Origin: an uncultured Acidobacteriaceae bacterium
GTDB taxonomy: Bacteria; Acidobacteriota; Terriglobia; Terriglobales; Acidobacteriaceae
Assembly (NCBI GenBank): GCA_963746625.1
Contig: CAVVBT010000005.1
Location: forward strand, 97,384-161,383
Reading direction: 5' to 3'
DNA: 64,000 nucleotides
The translations under genes were made by a program, and so were the position numbers. Position 1 is the first letter of the stretch. Every line of letters starts with the position of its first letter. Positions 38,528 through 50,622 of the stretch are shown here, one piece after another. The notes under the pieces were generated by a model. The model did no database searches. It worked only from the letters and a program-made list of their open reading frames with translations, and was not told the DNA's origin.

Positions 38528-39703
38528 GTGATCGAAAGCCGGCAGATGGATCACCTCCGGGTGTTTCATGATGTTGCGCGCGCTCTGACTTCGAGCCTGG
38601 AGCTGGAGGAGATTCTGGGCGCCATCATGGAAAAGATGGCGCAGTTCTTCGGCCCGGAAAAATGGTCGATGCTGATGGTCGACGAGAAGTCCGGACGAGC
38701 TGTACTACGCGATTGCGGTGGGTGAGAATGCTGAGAGCCTGAAGGGTCTGCGGGTTCCGCTGGGTGAGGGAGTTGCGGGCTGGGTGGCGTCGACGGGCAA
38801 TCCGCTGGTGGTTCCGGATGTGGCGCTCGACCCTCACTGGTCGTCGTTTGCGAGCAAACATCCTGACCTGATGATCCGGTCGATCGCCTGCGTTCCGGTG
38901 CGCTCGGGCAACAAGACGCTGGGCGTGATTCAACTGCTGAACAGCAAGCTGGACCTGATGTCGGAGTACTCGATCTCGTTCCTGCGGATTCTGTGCGACT
39001 ACGCGGCGATTGCGATTCAGAATGCGCGGTCGATGACGCTGATCCAGGAGTTGACCATCACGGATGACGTGACGGGGCTGTTCAATGCCCAGGCACCTGT
39101 ATACGATGCTTGATGAGCAGGTGGCTTCGGGGCAGGTATTTAGTTTGATGTTCGTCGATTTGGACCACTTCAAGTCGGTTAACGATACGCACGGGCATTT
39201 GATCGGAAGCCGGCTGCTGGCTGAGATCGGAAGCCTGATGAAGCGCTCGCTGGGCCCGAACAATGCGGCGTTCCGTTATGGCGGCGACGAGTTTGTCGCG
39301 TTGCTGCCGGGGATGGGGAAGTCGGCTGCCAGTGGAACGACGATGGCGCTGCGAGAGGAACTGCGGTCGGCGCGCTTTCTTGAAGGCGCGGGGCTTTCGC
39401 TGAGTGTCACGGGAAGCTTCGGGCTTGGCGACGTTTCCTGAGGACGGCGATACGGTGGCGACGATTCTGCGTGCGGCCGACACGATGATGTACGAGGCCA
39501 AGGTGACACGAGACAGCGTCGCGGTTGCGGGTAGAGGGGTGATCGGCAAGCGCTCAAAAGACAACAGTCGACAGCGGTTCGCGACGCACGGTCTCGGAGA
39601 TGCTGGTCGGGCGCAGCTCTGGACCCTCGCTGATTTTTTGCGGATGACTTCTAACTTGGTCCGTGACGTTCCAACGCGGTTCCGCGACGGGGTTCGGGCT
39701 TGA
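38528..39703 (+). CDS. GAF-GGDEF diguanylate cyclase, three +1 frameshifts; 3' end uncertain
   Basis: GAF (GEGVAGWVASTG, SIACVPV, LGVIQLLN), DDVTGLFN, DLDHFKSVND.HGH, RYGGDEF. Confidence 0.88.
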
Positions 39704-40728
39704 TGACGTCGCGATTTTCGGGTGCTACCGGGTGGACGCCGAAATCCCAGACGCCTAGATTGACTAACTTGTCGGAGATGACCTCCATCAGGGCGAACTC
39801 GCCGAAGTCGAGCGGTTCTTTGGGCGTGATCTTGAGCCAGTGGCCGCCCTGGAGGAGTTCGGTGGTGGTCTCGACGACATCCTCCTGGCGTTGGCCGGTG
39901 CCAAGCAGCGGGATGCGGAAGCTGTCGATGACGCGCACGCCGGTGCGGACGTCGGCGCGGACGATGACGTATCGGCTCTTGGGTGAACCGCCCTCGTCGT
40001 CATTCTTCATCGCGCTACTGGCGCCGTGCGTGTCGACGGTGAAAGGCGCGCCGGCGGTATTTCCGACGGTTTCATCGCCGATCCGGAGGTAGAGGACCGG
40101 GTCTTTGATGTGGAGTTGGATGGGCGACTTCTCACCTTTGAGTTGGACGATCTGATGCGAGGCGGAGAGCGGATTGACTCGCTGCTTTGAGGAGATTGTG
40201 GGCCGTATTGCGATTCAGATCGCTGTCGGTCTGGGCCAGGGGGACGAGTTCCGCAGTGCCGCGGTAGGTGTCAAGGACGAGGGTGCTGTCGCCTTCGGGC
40301 AGGCGGAGGTCTTTTGCGACCTCAGGTGTGAGGGCGGCGCGATCTGCCTCCTCTTTGAGGAGTTCGGGATCGATGGCGGGAGCGTGAGTATCGTCGGGAT
40401 TGTTGGGGTCGGCTTTGGCGTGTTGACGCTCCCAGCGCTGGGTGGCGTCCATGTCGACGAGATCGAGCGGGATCTCTTCTTCGGCTCCTCCGCGCTCGGC
40501 GCTGACGTAGCGTACGACGTTGCCGACGACCTTGTAGCTCATGACGATCTGATAGCTGCCGTCTTTGAGGATGAGGCGGGTGCGGTGCGGCGTTGTGGCG
40601 TCGGGCTGGAGCGCGGTGGTGTGCTGCGGGGCTGCGCGGAGTACCGCGGGCGCAAACAGAAGAGCGGCCGTGAGCGAGAGCATCAGGGCGAACTTCGCCG
40701 GGATGGGATGAGAGGGCTTCATCGGCAT
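39651..40728 (-). CDS. Secreted hypothetical protein, frameshift near 40170
   Basis: Signal peptide, RLILKDGSYQ; continues in another frame to ORF 39651..40010. Confidence 0.65.
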
Positions 40729-40841
40729 GACTCAACAGTTTAGACGCAGGACGCGGTTAACGACCTCTCGAGGCGGAACTTCAGCAGAATGAATTACTCG
40801 GACGGCGAATTCAGCCTCCTTCGCCGCCCGATAGGTCTCGA

Positions 40842-42225
40842 TTATCGGGTTGCGAGTTGGATGCACTCCTCGAGGATGTCGAGCGCGATGTCGGCTTCCT
40901 GCTGCTTGACGATGAGCGGCGGGCAGAGTCGGATGCTGGTCTCGCCACAGCCGAGGATGAGGAGACCGCGCTCGAAGGCCAGCTCGACGATCTTGTCGCG
41001 CAACGGACCTGCGGGGGTGCGTGATTTCTGGTCTTTGACGATCTCGATGCCGATCATGAGGCCGCGACCGCGAACTTCGCCGACGTGGGGATGCTTGGCG
41101 ACCCAGGGGCGGAGGCGCTCGAGCATCTTTTCGCCGACGGTGGCGGCGTTTTTGATTCCTTCGCGTTCGATGATGTCCATGGTAGCCAGCGCGGCGGCAA
41201 TGCAGACCGGGTTGCCGCCGAAGGTGCTGGCATGCGAGCCCGGGACCCAGTTCATGATCTCGGCGCGCGTCATGCAGATGCCGAGCGGCATGCCGCGACG
41301 CGATGCCTTTGGCGATGCAGACGATGTCGGGCTGGACGCCGGCGTGTTCGATGGCCCACCACTTCCCTGTTCTACCGGCGCCGGATTGGACCTCGTCGGC
41401 GATGAGGAGGATGCCGTGGCGATCGCAGATGCGGCGAATCTCCTGGAGGAAGTTGTCGGGCGCGACGACGTAGCCGCCTTCGCCCTGGATGGGCTCGAGG
41501 ATGATGGCGGCGACCTCTTCGGGCGGGAGGATGGTTTTGAAGAGACGGTCTTCGATGTAGCGGGCGCAGTCGAGGGCGAAGGCCTCCTGCTCGGCGGGGC
41601 CGCCGGTGGTGCCGCGGTAGGTGTAGGGGTAGCGGACGTGGGTGACGCCGGGGACGAAGGGCGCGAAGCGGCGCTTCTGCTGCGGCTTGGAGCCGGTGAG
41701 CGAGAGTGCGCCCATGGTGCGGCCATGGAAGCCGCCAAAGAAGCTGATGATGTTCTGGCGGCCGGTTTGGTAGCGGGCGAGTTTCATGGCGCACTCGACA
41801 GCCTCGGCGCCGGAGTTGCCGAAGTAGAAGCGGTGCGGGCCGGGCATAGGCGCCACGGCGGAGAGACGCTCGGCGATGCGCGTCATGTGGTCGTAGAAGA
41901 AATCGGTGCCGGAGATGTGGATGAGTTCGGCGGCCTGGTCTTGAATTGCCTTCACTACTTCGGGATGACAGTGGCCTGTCGAGTTGACCGCAATGCCGGC
42001 GGCGAAGTCGAGGAACTCGTTGCCGTCGACGTCGGTGACGCGGAGGCCGCGGCCGGATTTGGCCACCATGGGATAGCTGCGGGTATAGCTGGGAGAGATG
42101 AGGCGCTCATCGTCGGCAACGACCTTTTTTGCGAGCGGGCCGGGAAGCGCGGTCTTCAGTTTGGGGCCGAACTGGCTGTAGTTTGCGGTGCGGGTGTAAC
42201 TGGATTCGTGGGTCAGGGTGCTCAT
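40842..42225 (-). CDS. Class III PLP aminotransferase (4-aminobutyrate/acetylornithine type), +1 frameshift near 41296
   Basis: [60 protein letters not shown]. Confidence 0.92.
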
Positions 42226-42546
42226 GGGGGCTCTCCTTCGGAGTCAGACGGTTCAGCGGTGCGTTGGTGTGCCGTTCGTTAGCCTCGCCGAATGTGGGAC
42301 GGCGGCCTCGCAGTTTGCGGAGGGAACGGTTTGCGCTGAGCGGGACTTCGCCGGCTGGGGTGTTTCGAGCTAGTCGCCGGCGAAGAGACTAGGTCGCGTG
42401 AGGCTGGGGAGCACTCGGGGATGACGGCGCGGCATTTGGTGCCGCCTGGAGCGGCATGGCGAGCCGGCGAGCCGATGCGTATGGGCGATGATTGAGAGTT
42501 TCATATGGCCCCATGCCTTGCCCGTGAGTATAACGCATCGAATGCG

Positions 42547-43227
42547 CTATCGGATAACGCTTCCGGGGACAATCGGCTGGGGTGAATCGTTGTCGAACTG
42601 CATCGAGAAGCCGAACATCAGCGTGTAGAGATCGCTGTGTTGCGTTGTGAAGTCGAAGCAGAGGACATGCCGGGTCTGATCGACGGGGTCGGATTTCTTG
42701 CGGGCCTTGACCGGGACGTTGCCGAGGAAACAGGCCTTCGCAGCATATGTGAAGCGGGGGATCTTGCTATCTCCCGTTGAGGGCATGGGGACTGACGCCA
42801 GAACGATGGAGGCAGGGTGGCCATCGATGAGGTAGGCGGTTGGCTCCTGCGTGACGGTGGGTTCGCCGTACTGTTTCAGTTGGCGGAGAATCTGTTCGCG
42901 GACGAAAGGACCGAGCACCGTAGCGCCGCGCAGCACGTTCGGACAGGTGCCGTCGATGGTTGAGAGGACGAAGGAGGAGGTGTCGACCGGTGTGATGGAG
43001 TTGGCGAAGAGAGTTGAGTGCGCGCACTTGGGTGTTGCGTCGGCTGCAGGCTTCGGAGCGATGCTCTCGGGATCGGGCGTGAAGCGGCCGGGATAAAAGT
43101 AGGTGAGATTCAGAGACTCGTCGTGGAAGCTCTTCGGCAGGTTAGGATTCGGCGAATCGGCGGGTTGAGACAAAGCAGTTACACAGACGAAGAAGAGCAA
43201 AAGGAAGGCCGCGGGACGAAGCACCAT
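42547..43227 (-). CDS. Secreted hypothetical protein
   Basis: Signal peptide, four Cys, no family recognised. Confidence 0.65.
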   Translation of the reverse strand: MVLRPAAFLLLFFVCVTALSQPADSPNPNLPKSFHDESLNLTYFYPGRFTPDPESIAPKPAADATPKCAHSTLFANSITPVDTSSFVLSTIDGTCPNVLRGATVLGPFVREQILRQLKQYGEPTVTQEPTAYLIDGHPASIVLASVPMPSTGDSKIPRFTYAAKACFLGNVPVKARKKSDPVDQTRHVLCFDFTTQHSDLYTLMFGFSMQFDNDSPQPIVPGSVIR

Positions 43228-43314
43228 TTACTTATCGTAGCACCGGGGCGGGGTTCGAGACACCTGCGCGGGCCGCTCGAATGGCGGGCATCATGACGGG
43301 TATCATGGAGAGAA

Positions 43315-44269
43315 ATGCCCCCCGCACTCTCCCAATCGAACACGGATTTTGTTGTCGTTTGCCTGCGTCTATTTTTTCTGGGGAGGGACTTACCTCGCGA
43401 TGCGGTTCGGTGTGGAGGTGCTGCCTCCATTCGTGCTGGGAAGTGCGCGGTATCTTGTTGCTGCGCCGTTGTTACTCGGACTGAGCGCGATCCTGCGGCT
43501 GAAGATGTGGCCTACGCGTCAGGAGATGGGCCGGCTGGCGATTATCGGGGTGCTGATGCTGGGCTGCGGCAATACGGCGGTTATATGGGCCGAGCAGTAC
43601 ATCCCGATCGGTCTCGCGGCGCTGTTGGTGGCGTCGATTCCGTTGTACGCCGCGCTGATTGAGGTGATCCTGCCGCGGGGCGAAGGGCTGCCGTTGCGGG
43701 GATGGGTCGGTGTATTGATCGGCTTTGCGGGAATGGTTTTCCTGGTGTGGCCGGGACTCCTCGACGGAATACATGGCGACTCGCGGCAAATTATTGGGTC
43801 CGCGGTAACGCTCGCAGGAACGCTGTGCTGGACGGCTGCCTCGGTGATTTCCCGGCGGTCGACGATTCGCATTAGCGGATTTGCTGCGGCGGGTTGGCAG
43901 ATTGTTTTTGGCGGCCTCTTCAACCTGTGCCTTCTGCTGGTAACGCGTAGCTGGCATGGGGCGCAATGGGGGCTGAAGGCGTGGGGATCGATCCTGTATC
44001 TCGTGATCTTCGGTTCGTTGTTGACCTACACGGCGTACATCTATCTGCTGGATAACGTTCCGGTGTCGAAGGTCGCAACGTACGCATACGTGAACCCTGT
44101 AATCGCGGTGATTCTTGGGGCCATTGTGCTGCATGAGCGATTTGCGCCGGTGGAGTACGTGGGGATGGGGGCGACTCTGCTGGCAGTGTTTCTGGTGACG
44201 AGTTCGAAGATGAAGAGCGGCAAACCGAATGTGGTCGACGAAGATCTTGCGGTGAGGCAGCAGGCCTAA
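43315..44269 (+). CDS. EamA/DMT family transporter; extra C in a C6 run near the start
   Basis: VYFFWGGTY, R...A..LL, YAYVNPVIAVILG; 10 TM. Confidence 0.9.
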
Positions 44270-44278
44270 GTTCGAGTG

Positions 44279-45002
44279 TTAGTGGCTCGCATCGCCGATC
44301 GTTAAGGGATATAGCGGTGCTGCCTGGTCGCGCCCAAAACGCACCGTTGTCTTGGTGATGCGATTCAGCATGTCGATGCTGCTCGACGAAAAGTACCAGA
44401 CCAGAAGGTGGCTATTCCAGTTCGTGGAAAGACCCATCGCGTAGACGGGAGTTGCGCCCTGCTGGCCCTGTGCGGCGGCCATGTGGATTTTCTGCCAGCC
44501 GATCGTATAGGTCGAGGGCTGCGCAATGGACTTCATGCCGGGTGCCTTGTTGACGATCTCCGCCATGTCGTCGAGGAGCGTCGTGCTCTTGCCGGCGCGC
44601 TCGGCATTCAGGCAGTTCACATCGAGTTCGGCGAGAAGAATCGTTGCCGTTACCGGCGGAGTTACAGTGACCTGCGTTGCTCCGTCTTCGGTTGGTTGAG
44701 CCTTCTGCGTTGGGCCGCTGTGCGGAAGCTGAAGGAGCAGTACTGGGTGAAGGCAATGGATTGACTCAACGAGTTTGGGGTCAGTTATTTTTGAAGCGTC
44801 AAAGAGATTCAGGCGGCCGTCCTGCAACATATCTGATGGGTCGCCCTTCACCAGATCCGATGGATAGAACAGCCGCAGTTTGAGTAATTCGTTCTCCCAA
44901 CCCGACGGTGTCGGGCGCCGGTTCCTGGGCTCGAGCAGAGAGCACGACGCACAGAGCGAAGACTAAAGCAGCAGCTATTCGCGTTTTTGCGACACGATCC
45001 AT
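44279..45002 (-). CDS. Secreted hypothetical protein, frameshift near 44915
   Basis: MDRVAKTRIAAALVF signal peptide joins WENELLKLRLFYPSDLVKGDPS of ORF 44279..44851; resembles ORF 42547..43227 in architecture. Confidence 0.55.
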
Positions 45003-45020
45003 CGTTTGCACCTGACTTTG

Positions 45021-46502
45021 CTACTTACGCTTCCAGCGAACTCCGTCTTTGGAGTCCTCAATTAGGATGCCCTTGGCGAGAAGATCGTTGCGAATCGCGT
45101 CGGCGCGGGCGAAGTTGCGGGTTTTCTTGGCCTGTGTGCGTTCGGCGACTAAGGCATCGATGTCGGCGTCGGTGAGCGAAAGCGTTGCGACCAGCGAGGG
45201 ATCAGCGTCATCGAGGCGGCCCTCCCTCTCGGCCCAGGCAAGTGCGGCTCGCTGAATCTCGACGTCGTTGTCCTCGAGGACGGCGAAGACTCCGTCGAAG
45301 AGTGCGAGGACCCGCAGAATCTCCGTTACATTCCCGCTGCGAAGGGTACCTGCGTCTGCGGCGGAGTTGGCAGCGCGGACTAAATCGAAGATGGCGGCGC
45401 GAGCTTCGGCGGTGTTGAGGTCGTTGGCGAGCGCGGCGGTGTAGTCGTGCTCTGCCTTTTCTGTTGCGGCGGCGATGTCAGGATTGAGACCGTCGGGAAA
45501 ACCGCCCTTCAACATGCGCTGGTGGAAGGTGCGGAGACGATCGACGGCGTTGGTCGATTCCAGCAGGCTGTCGAAGGTGAAGTTCATCTGGTTGCGGTAG
45601 GGCACCGAGATGAGGAGGAAGCGAATGGCGGAGGCACGATGGCCCTTCAGCAGCAGGTCGCGGAGGGTGTAGAAGTTTCCCTCCGACTTCGACATCTTCC
45701 TGCCTTCGACCAGCAGGAAGCGGACGTGCATCCAGTGGCGGACGAAGGTCTTCCCGCTGGACGACTCCGACTGCGCGATCTCGTTTTCGTGGTGCGGGAA
45801 CATGAGGTCTTCGCCGCCGGCGTGAAGGTCGATGTCGTCGCCGAGGAGCTTTCTCGCCATGGCGGAGCACTCGATGTGCCATCCCGGACGGCCTGTGCCA
45901 AGCGGCGTCTCCCAGAATTGCTCGCCCGGCTTGGCGGCCTTCCACAACGCGAAGTCGCGGGCCGCATCCTTCTCGTACTCATCCACATCGACGCGGGCGC
46001 CGTCTTCGATGCCCTCGAAGTCCTTCTTCGAGAGCTTGCCGTAGCCGGGAAAACGCGCGATGCGGAAGTACCAGCTGCCATCCTCGGCGCGATAGGCGAT
46101 GTCTTTGGCTGCGAGCTGTTCGATCATCCGGACCATCTCCGGAATGCAGCCCGTGGCGTGCGAGATGTGCTCCGGGTGCTCGATCGAAAGCGCGTCGAGG
46201 TCCTCGTAGAAGGCCTGCTCGTATTTCTTTGTGTACTCGGCGATGGGAAGGCCGGCCGCCGCTGCATTGCGGATGATCTTGTCGTCGACGTCGGTGATGT
46301 TCATCACGTGATCGACGGCGATTCCCTGCTGGCGGACAAAGCGGCGCAGAACATCGACATGGAGAAAGGTGCGGAAGTTGCCGATGTGGCCGTAGTCATA
46401 GACGGTCGGGCCGCAGCAGTACATGCGCAGCGCGGGCGGACGCACCGGGGCCAGGGGTTCAATCGTTCCACTGAGGGTGTTGTAGAGTTCGATGGTTGCC
46501 AC
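45021..46502 (-). CDS. cysS: Cysteine--tRNA ligase
   Basis: CGPTVYDYGHIGN, GRPGWHIECS, FPHHENE, KMSKS. Confidence 0.97.
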   Translation of the reverse strand: MATIELYNTLSGTIEPLAPVRPPALRMYCCGPTVYDYGHIGNFRTFLHVDVLRRFVRQQGIAVDHVMNITDVDDKIIRNAAAAGLPIAEYTKKYEQAFYEDLDALSIEHPEHISHATGCIPEMVRMIEQLAAKDIAYRAEDGSWYFRIARFPGYGKLSKKDFEGIEDGARVDVDEYEKDAARDFALWKAAKPGEQFWETPLGTGRPGWHIECSAMARKLLGDDIDLHAGGEDLMFPHHENEIAQSESSSGKTFVRHWMHVRFLLVEGRKMSKSEGNFYTLRDLLLKGHRASAIRFLLISVPYRNQMNFTFDSLLESTNAVDRLRTFHQRMLKGGFPDGLNPDIAAATEKAEHDYTAALANDLNTAEARAAIFDLVRAANSAADAGTLRSGNVTEILRVLALFDGVFAVLEDNDVEIQRAALAWAEREGRLDDADPSLVATLSLTDADIDALVAERTQAKKTRNFARADAIRNDLLAKGILIEDSKDGVRWKRK

Positions 46503-46575
46503 GTGCTCTCTGTTCCTGTCGCAGCCGGGCGCGTGGCGCGGCGCAGACTGCTCTTGTCTGGTATCCCTGATGATT

Positions 46576-47802
46576 TTAGCTGAAAGATGGGGGCACTTTG
46601 TCAGCGATCCGGTCTATCGATCTCCGAGGCGAAGCTGGGGCGTCGCGCCCAGGTCTTCGGTTGCAAAATTCTCCACTACAAATTTGGGCCACGCGGCGGC
46701 GGCGATCATGGCGGCGTTGTCGGTCGAGAGAGCGAGCGAAGGAAAGGCGATAGGCAGTCCGCGGCGGTCGGCTTCGGCCTGGAACCGGCGGCGCAGCTCG
46801 CTGTTGGCCGCGACTCCGCCCGAGACGACGATACTGTGGGCGCCGAGAGATTCGGCCGCCGCAAAGGTCTGGCGCAGCAGGTTGCCAACGACCGCGTATC
46901 TGGAACGAGGCGAGGAGGTCGAGCGTCTGCTGATCGCAAAGCGCTACCGCGGCTGGGGATTTCGGCGTAAGCGAAGGATCGGCGGCCAAAGCGACGCGTC
47001 GGGCCTCGATGCTCTCGCGCATGTGATGCGTCTCGACGTACCGGAGGACAGCGGTCTTGATGCCGCTGAAGGAGAAGTCGAAGTGCGGGCCCTCGGTGTG
47101 AGCGGGAGCTTTTTTGTTCGTGACGCCTTCGCGTGGCGCACGGCGTTTGATTTCGCCGAAACTGAACGACACTGCGCGCGGATTGCCGTGCGGAGCGAGC
47201 GCATCGATCCACGGACCACCGGGATAGCCGAGGCCGAGCAGCTTGGCCACCTTGTCGTAAGCCTCGCCGGCAGCGTCGTCGACGGTACGGCCCACGTTGC
47301 GATAGGTCCATGTGCTTGCGCTTCCCTGCCTCGCAAGGTACAGATGCGTGTGACCGCCGGAGACGACGAGCGCGAGCAGCGGAAGCTCCATGGCCGCGCC
47401 GTTGCTCTCCCGGGCCTCCATCAGCACCGCATGGATGTGGCCTTCGAGATGGTTGACTGAGATGAGCGGCTTCGCGAGTCCGAAGCTGAGAGCCTTGGCA
47501 TAGGTAATGCCGACCAGCAGCGCTCCGGCGAGACCGGGGCCCTCCGTGACTGCGACGGCATCAAGGTCGTCGAAGCTGACGTTGGCGCGGCGCATGGCCT
47601 CGCGCACGACAGGAACGATGTTGCGCAGGTGCTCGCGGGAGGCGAGTTCGGGCACGACTCCGCCGTAATTTGCATGCAGCGACATCTGCGAGGCGACGAC
47701 ATTCGAAAGCGCGGCGCTGCCCTCGCGGACCACAGCCGCGGCGGTCTCGTCGCAGGAGCTTTCGATGCCGAGAATCAGGCCGGTTCCGCTGCTTTCGCGC
47801 AT
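46576..47802 (-). CDS. tsaD: tRNA N6-adenosine threonylcarbamoyltransferase TsaD, +1 frameshift near 46900
   Basis: [55 protein letters not shown]; second frame GGVAAN...STDNAAMIA. Confidence 0.94.
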   Translation of the reverse strand: MRESSGTGLILGIESSCDETAAAVVREGSAALSNVVASQMSLHANYGGVVPELASREHLRNIVPVVREAMRRANVSFDDLDAVAVTEGPGLAGALLVGITYAKALSFGLAKPLISVNHLEGHIHAVLMEARESNGAAMELPLLALVVSGGHTHLYLARQGSASTWTYRNVGRTVDDAAGEAYDKVAKLLGLGYPGGPWIDALAPHGNPRAVSFSFGEIKRRAPREGVTNKKAPAHTEGPHFDFSFSGIKTAVLRYVETHHMRESIEARRVALAADPSLTPKSPAAVALCDQQTLDLLASFQIRGRWQPAAPDLCGGRISRRPQYRRLGRSRGQQRAAPPVPGRSRPPRTAYRLSFARSLDRQRRHDRRRRVAQICSGEFCNRRPGRDAPASPRRSIDRIADKVPPSFS

Positions 47803-47826
47803 CTCTCTATCATAGGGGTTGACGTT

Positions 47827-49218
47827 ATGAATCGCATGACCGACAACCCGAAGTACCTTGCGGCGCGAGAGATCTTGACGACGCTGCGGGCTGCGGGTCA
47901 TCAGGCCTACTTCGCTGGTGGCTGCGTGCGCGATCTGCTGCTTGGGGTTGAGCCGAAGGACTTCGATGTAGCCACGAGCGCGACGCCCGACGTCGTCATG
48001 GGAATGTTTCCGAAGACCTACTCTGTGGGAGCGCATTTTGGTGTTGTGCTGGTCTGCACTCCGAGCGGTGACGGCGAGATCGCCACCGAGGTCGCAACAT
48101 TTCGCCATGATGGAGCTTATAGCGACGGCCGGCGGCCCGATGCGGTCAGGTTTTCGACCGACCCGCGCGAAGATGTTCTGCGGCGCGACTTCACGATCAA
48201 CGGCATGCTGCTCGATCCGGTGATTTACGAAGACACGGGAGACGCTGCAGCCGCGACGCTGGATTACGTGGGCGGGCGCGACGATCTGTCGGCGAAGGTT
48301 CTGCGCGCGATCGGCGACCCTGCGTTGCGTTTCTCCGAAGACAAGCTGAGGATGCTTCGTGGAGTTCGATTCGCGGCACGGCTGAACCTTGAGATTGAGC
48401 CGCGCACGATGGCAGCGATGCGCGACGCAGCCGGAGAGATCGCGCAGGTCAGCTGCGAACGCATTCGCGACGAGTTGACCCTGATGCTGACCGAAGGTCA
48501 TGCGCGGCGCGCCTTCGAGCTGCTGGATACGACCGGCCTGCTGGCGCAGGTCTTGCCTGAAGTGACAAAGATGCACGGCGTGGAGCAGCCACCGCAGTTC
48601 CATCCCGAAGGCGACGTGTGGGTGCACACGATGCTGCTGCTCGAAAAACTTCCGCCAGGCGCATCTACGACGCTGGCGTGGGGCGCACTGTTGCACGACA
48701 TCGGCAAGCCGGCGACTTTTCGTCCACCCGACCCCAAAAAGCCCGGCGACCGCATTCGGTTTGACGGTCATGTCGAGGTCGGCGTTCGCATCGCCGAGAC
48801 GATCCTCAACCGTCTCCGTTTCTCCAATGAAGAGGCCGCGCAGATTGTCGCGCTGGTGAAGAACCACATGCGCTTTGGCGACATTCGCGAGATGCGCGAG
48901 TCGACGTTGAAGCGCTTTTTGCGGCTGCCGAAGTTCGACGAGCACCTGGCGCTGCATTGGATGGACGTTAGTTCTGCGCACGGCGATCTGCGCCTGTATG
49001 ACTTTGCGAAGACGCGATACGAAGCCGCTCCCGTTGAGGAGATTCAGCCCCACCTGCTGGTGACAGGCAAAGATTTAATCGCCGCCGGATATCGCCCCGG
49101 GCCGGAGTTCAAGGCGATGCTCGAGACCGCGGAGGATGCGCAGTTGGAGGGCCACGCAGCAACCACCGAGGAAGGGCTTGCGGTTGTGAGACAGAGGTTC
49201 GGCAAACCTTCCGCCTGA
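47827..49218 (+). CDS. cca: CCA tRNA nucleotidyltransferase with HD domain
   Basis: [42 protein letters not shown]. Confidence 0.88.
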   Translation: MNRMTDNPKYLAAREILTTLRAAGHQAYFAGGCVRDLLLGVEPKDFDVATSATPDVVMGMFPKTYSVGAHFGVVLVCTPSGDGEIATEVATFRHDGAYSDGRRPDAVRFSTDPREDVLRRDFTINGMLLDPVIYEDTGDAAAATLDYVGGRDDLSAKVLRAIGDPALRFSEDKLRMLRGVRFAARLNLEIEPRTMAAMRDAAGEIAQVSCERIRDELTLMLTEGHARRAFELLDTTGLLAQVLPEVTKMHGVEQPPQFHPEGDVWVHTMLLLEKLPPGASTTLAWGALLHDIGKPATFRPPDPKKPGDRIRFDGHVEVGVRIAETILNRLRFSNEEAAQIVALVKNHMRFGDIREMRESTLKRFLRLPKFDEHLALHWMDVSSAHGDLRLYDFAKTRYEAAPVEEIQPHLLVTGKDLIAAGYRPGPEFKAMLETAEDAQLEGHAATTEEGLAVVRQRFGKPSA

Positions 49219-49288
49219 GTTTGTTACGGGATCAGAAAGGCGTCTTTGTAGGAGTTGCATACGTCGAAAGACACAGTAGTCCATCTCT

Positions 49289-50605
49289 ATGCCATTATCA
49301 TTTCGCGTTCGAGTGCTCGCTCTCTGTCTCCTTACTCCTGCATCCCTCTTCGCGGCGGTAATCGGCACCAGCAAACCTGCCGAATCCATTACTGCAGCCA
49401 GAATTGCGTTGCTGCCAGCGAAGGACCGAGCCGCGTGGATGGCCTATCTCGAGCGATCGCAGAAGCAGATGCAGGCAGATCGCAATGCGCTGGCTGCCGA
49501 ACGAACTCCGGGCGCGCCCGAGCCGCCTATGCCAAAAGAAGGATTCAGTGCGCGGACGATGCCGCTTGACCGCGATGCTGCCTGGTATGGAACTCCAGAG
49601 GCAAGACACGTCGCCGACGTTATTGTCAGTTTTCAGACACCTGCCGGAGGTTGGAGCAAAAATCTCGACATGAGCGGTTCGGTGCGTGCGCCTGGGCAGA
49701 GCTACACTCCCAACAATCTCTCGAGATACCCAGGCACTGACGACTTCGACACACCCAAAGACCCGCACTGGAACTACGTGGGCACACTGGATAACGACGC
49801 CACCAATACTGAGCTGCATTTCCTCGCGCTGGTTTCGGGCGCGACACCCGGCGCTGCAGGCGAGGCCTACCGGACCAGTTTTCTTCGAGGAATTCGGTAC
49901 CTGCTGGCCGCGCAGTTCCCTAATGGCGGATGGCCGCAGGTGTGGCCGCTCGAAGGCGGGTATCACGACGCCATCACCTTCAATGACAACGCCGTCACCG
50001 AATCTGCCGAGACCCTGACTGCCGTGGCTGACGGTACGGGCAACTACTCTTTTGTTCCTGCAGATCTGCGGCGGCAGGCTCGCGCGGCCGCGGATCACGC
50101 ACTGCAATGCATCCTTGCTACGCAGGTCATGGTGAAAGGAAAACGGACGGTGTGGGCTCAGCAGCATGATGCCCTCACGCTCGCACCGGTCTCCGGGCGC
50201 AACTACGAGCCGGCTGCTCTCTCGTCCGGCGAGAGCGCCGATGTTCTGATCTACCTTATGCAACTTCCGCACCCGTCGCCTGCGGTCATCGCGGCAGTCA
50301 ATTCGGGAGCCTCATGGTTGAAGGCGGCGGCGATTTATGGTCAGGAATGGGTGGGTGGACGCGGCACGCCGGGCGGGCGTCATCTCGAAGCCAAGGCCGG
50401 TGCTGGCCCTATCTGGGCCCGTTATTACAGCATGACCACGGAGCTTCCCATCTTCGGCGATCGCGACAAGACGATTCACGACGACGTGAGCGAGCTTTCA
50501 CTCGAGCGACGAAACGGCTATGCGTGGTACAGCGCGGGTCCGCAGCAGGCGCTCGATGCCTATGCCACATGGAGCAAGAGTCACGCCGGCACCGGAGCGC
50601 ATTGA
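49289..50605 (+). CDS. Pectate lyase, PL10 (PelA family)
   Basis: Q...GGWSKN, GTLDNDAT, QFPNGGWPQ, ITFNDNA, WAQQHD, WARYY, RRNGYAW. Confidence 0.9.
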   Translation: MPLSFRVRVLALCLLTPASLFAAVIGTSKPAESITAARIALLPAKDRAAWMAYLERSQKQMQADRNALAAERTPGAPEPPMPKEGFSARTMPLDRDAAWYGTPEARHVADVIVSFQTPAGGWSKNLDMSGSVRAPGQSYTPNNLSRYPGTDDFDTPKDPHWNYVGTLDNDATNTELHFLALVSGATPGAAGEAYRTSFLRGIRYLLAAQFPNGGWPQVWPLEGGYHDAITFNDNAVTESAETLTAVADGTGNYSFVPADLRRQARAAADHALQCILATQVMVKGKRTVWAQQHDALTLAPVSGRNYEPAALSSGESADVLIYLMQLPHPSPAVIAAVNSGASWLKAAAIYGQEWVGGRGTPGGRHLEAKAGAGPIWARYYSMTTELPIFGDRDKTIHDDVSELSLERRNGYAWYSAGPQQALDAYATWSKSHAGTGAH

Positions 50606-50622
50606 GGCTGCATCTAAACGAT

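Noticed and set aside
46576-49053. 825-aa ORF that appears to be a giant TsaD fusion
   Set aside because: The N-terminal part is the antisense of cca; TsaD begins at MRESSG (47802)
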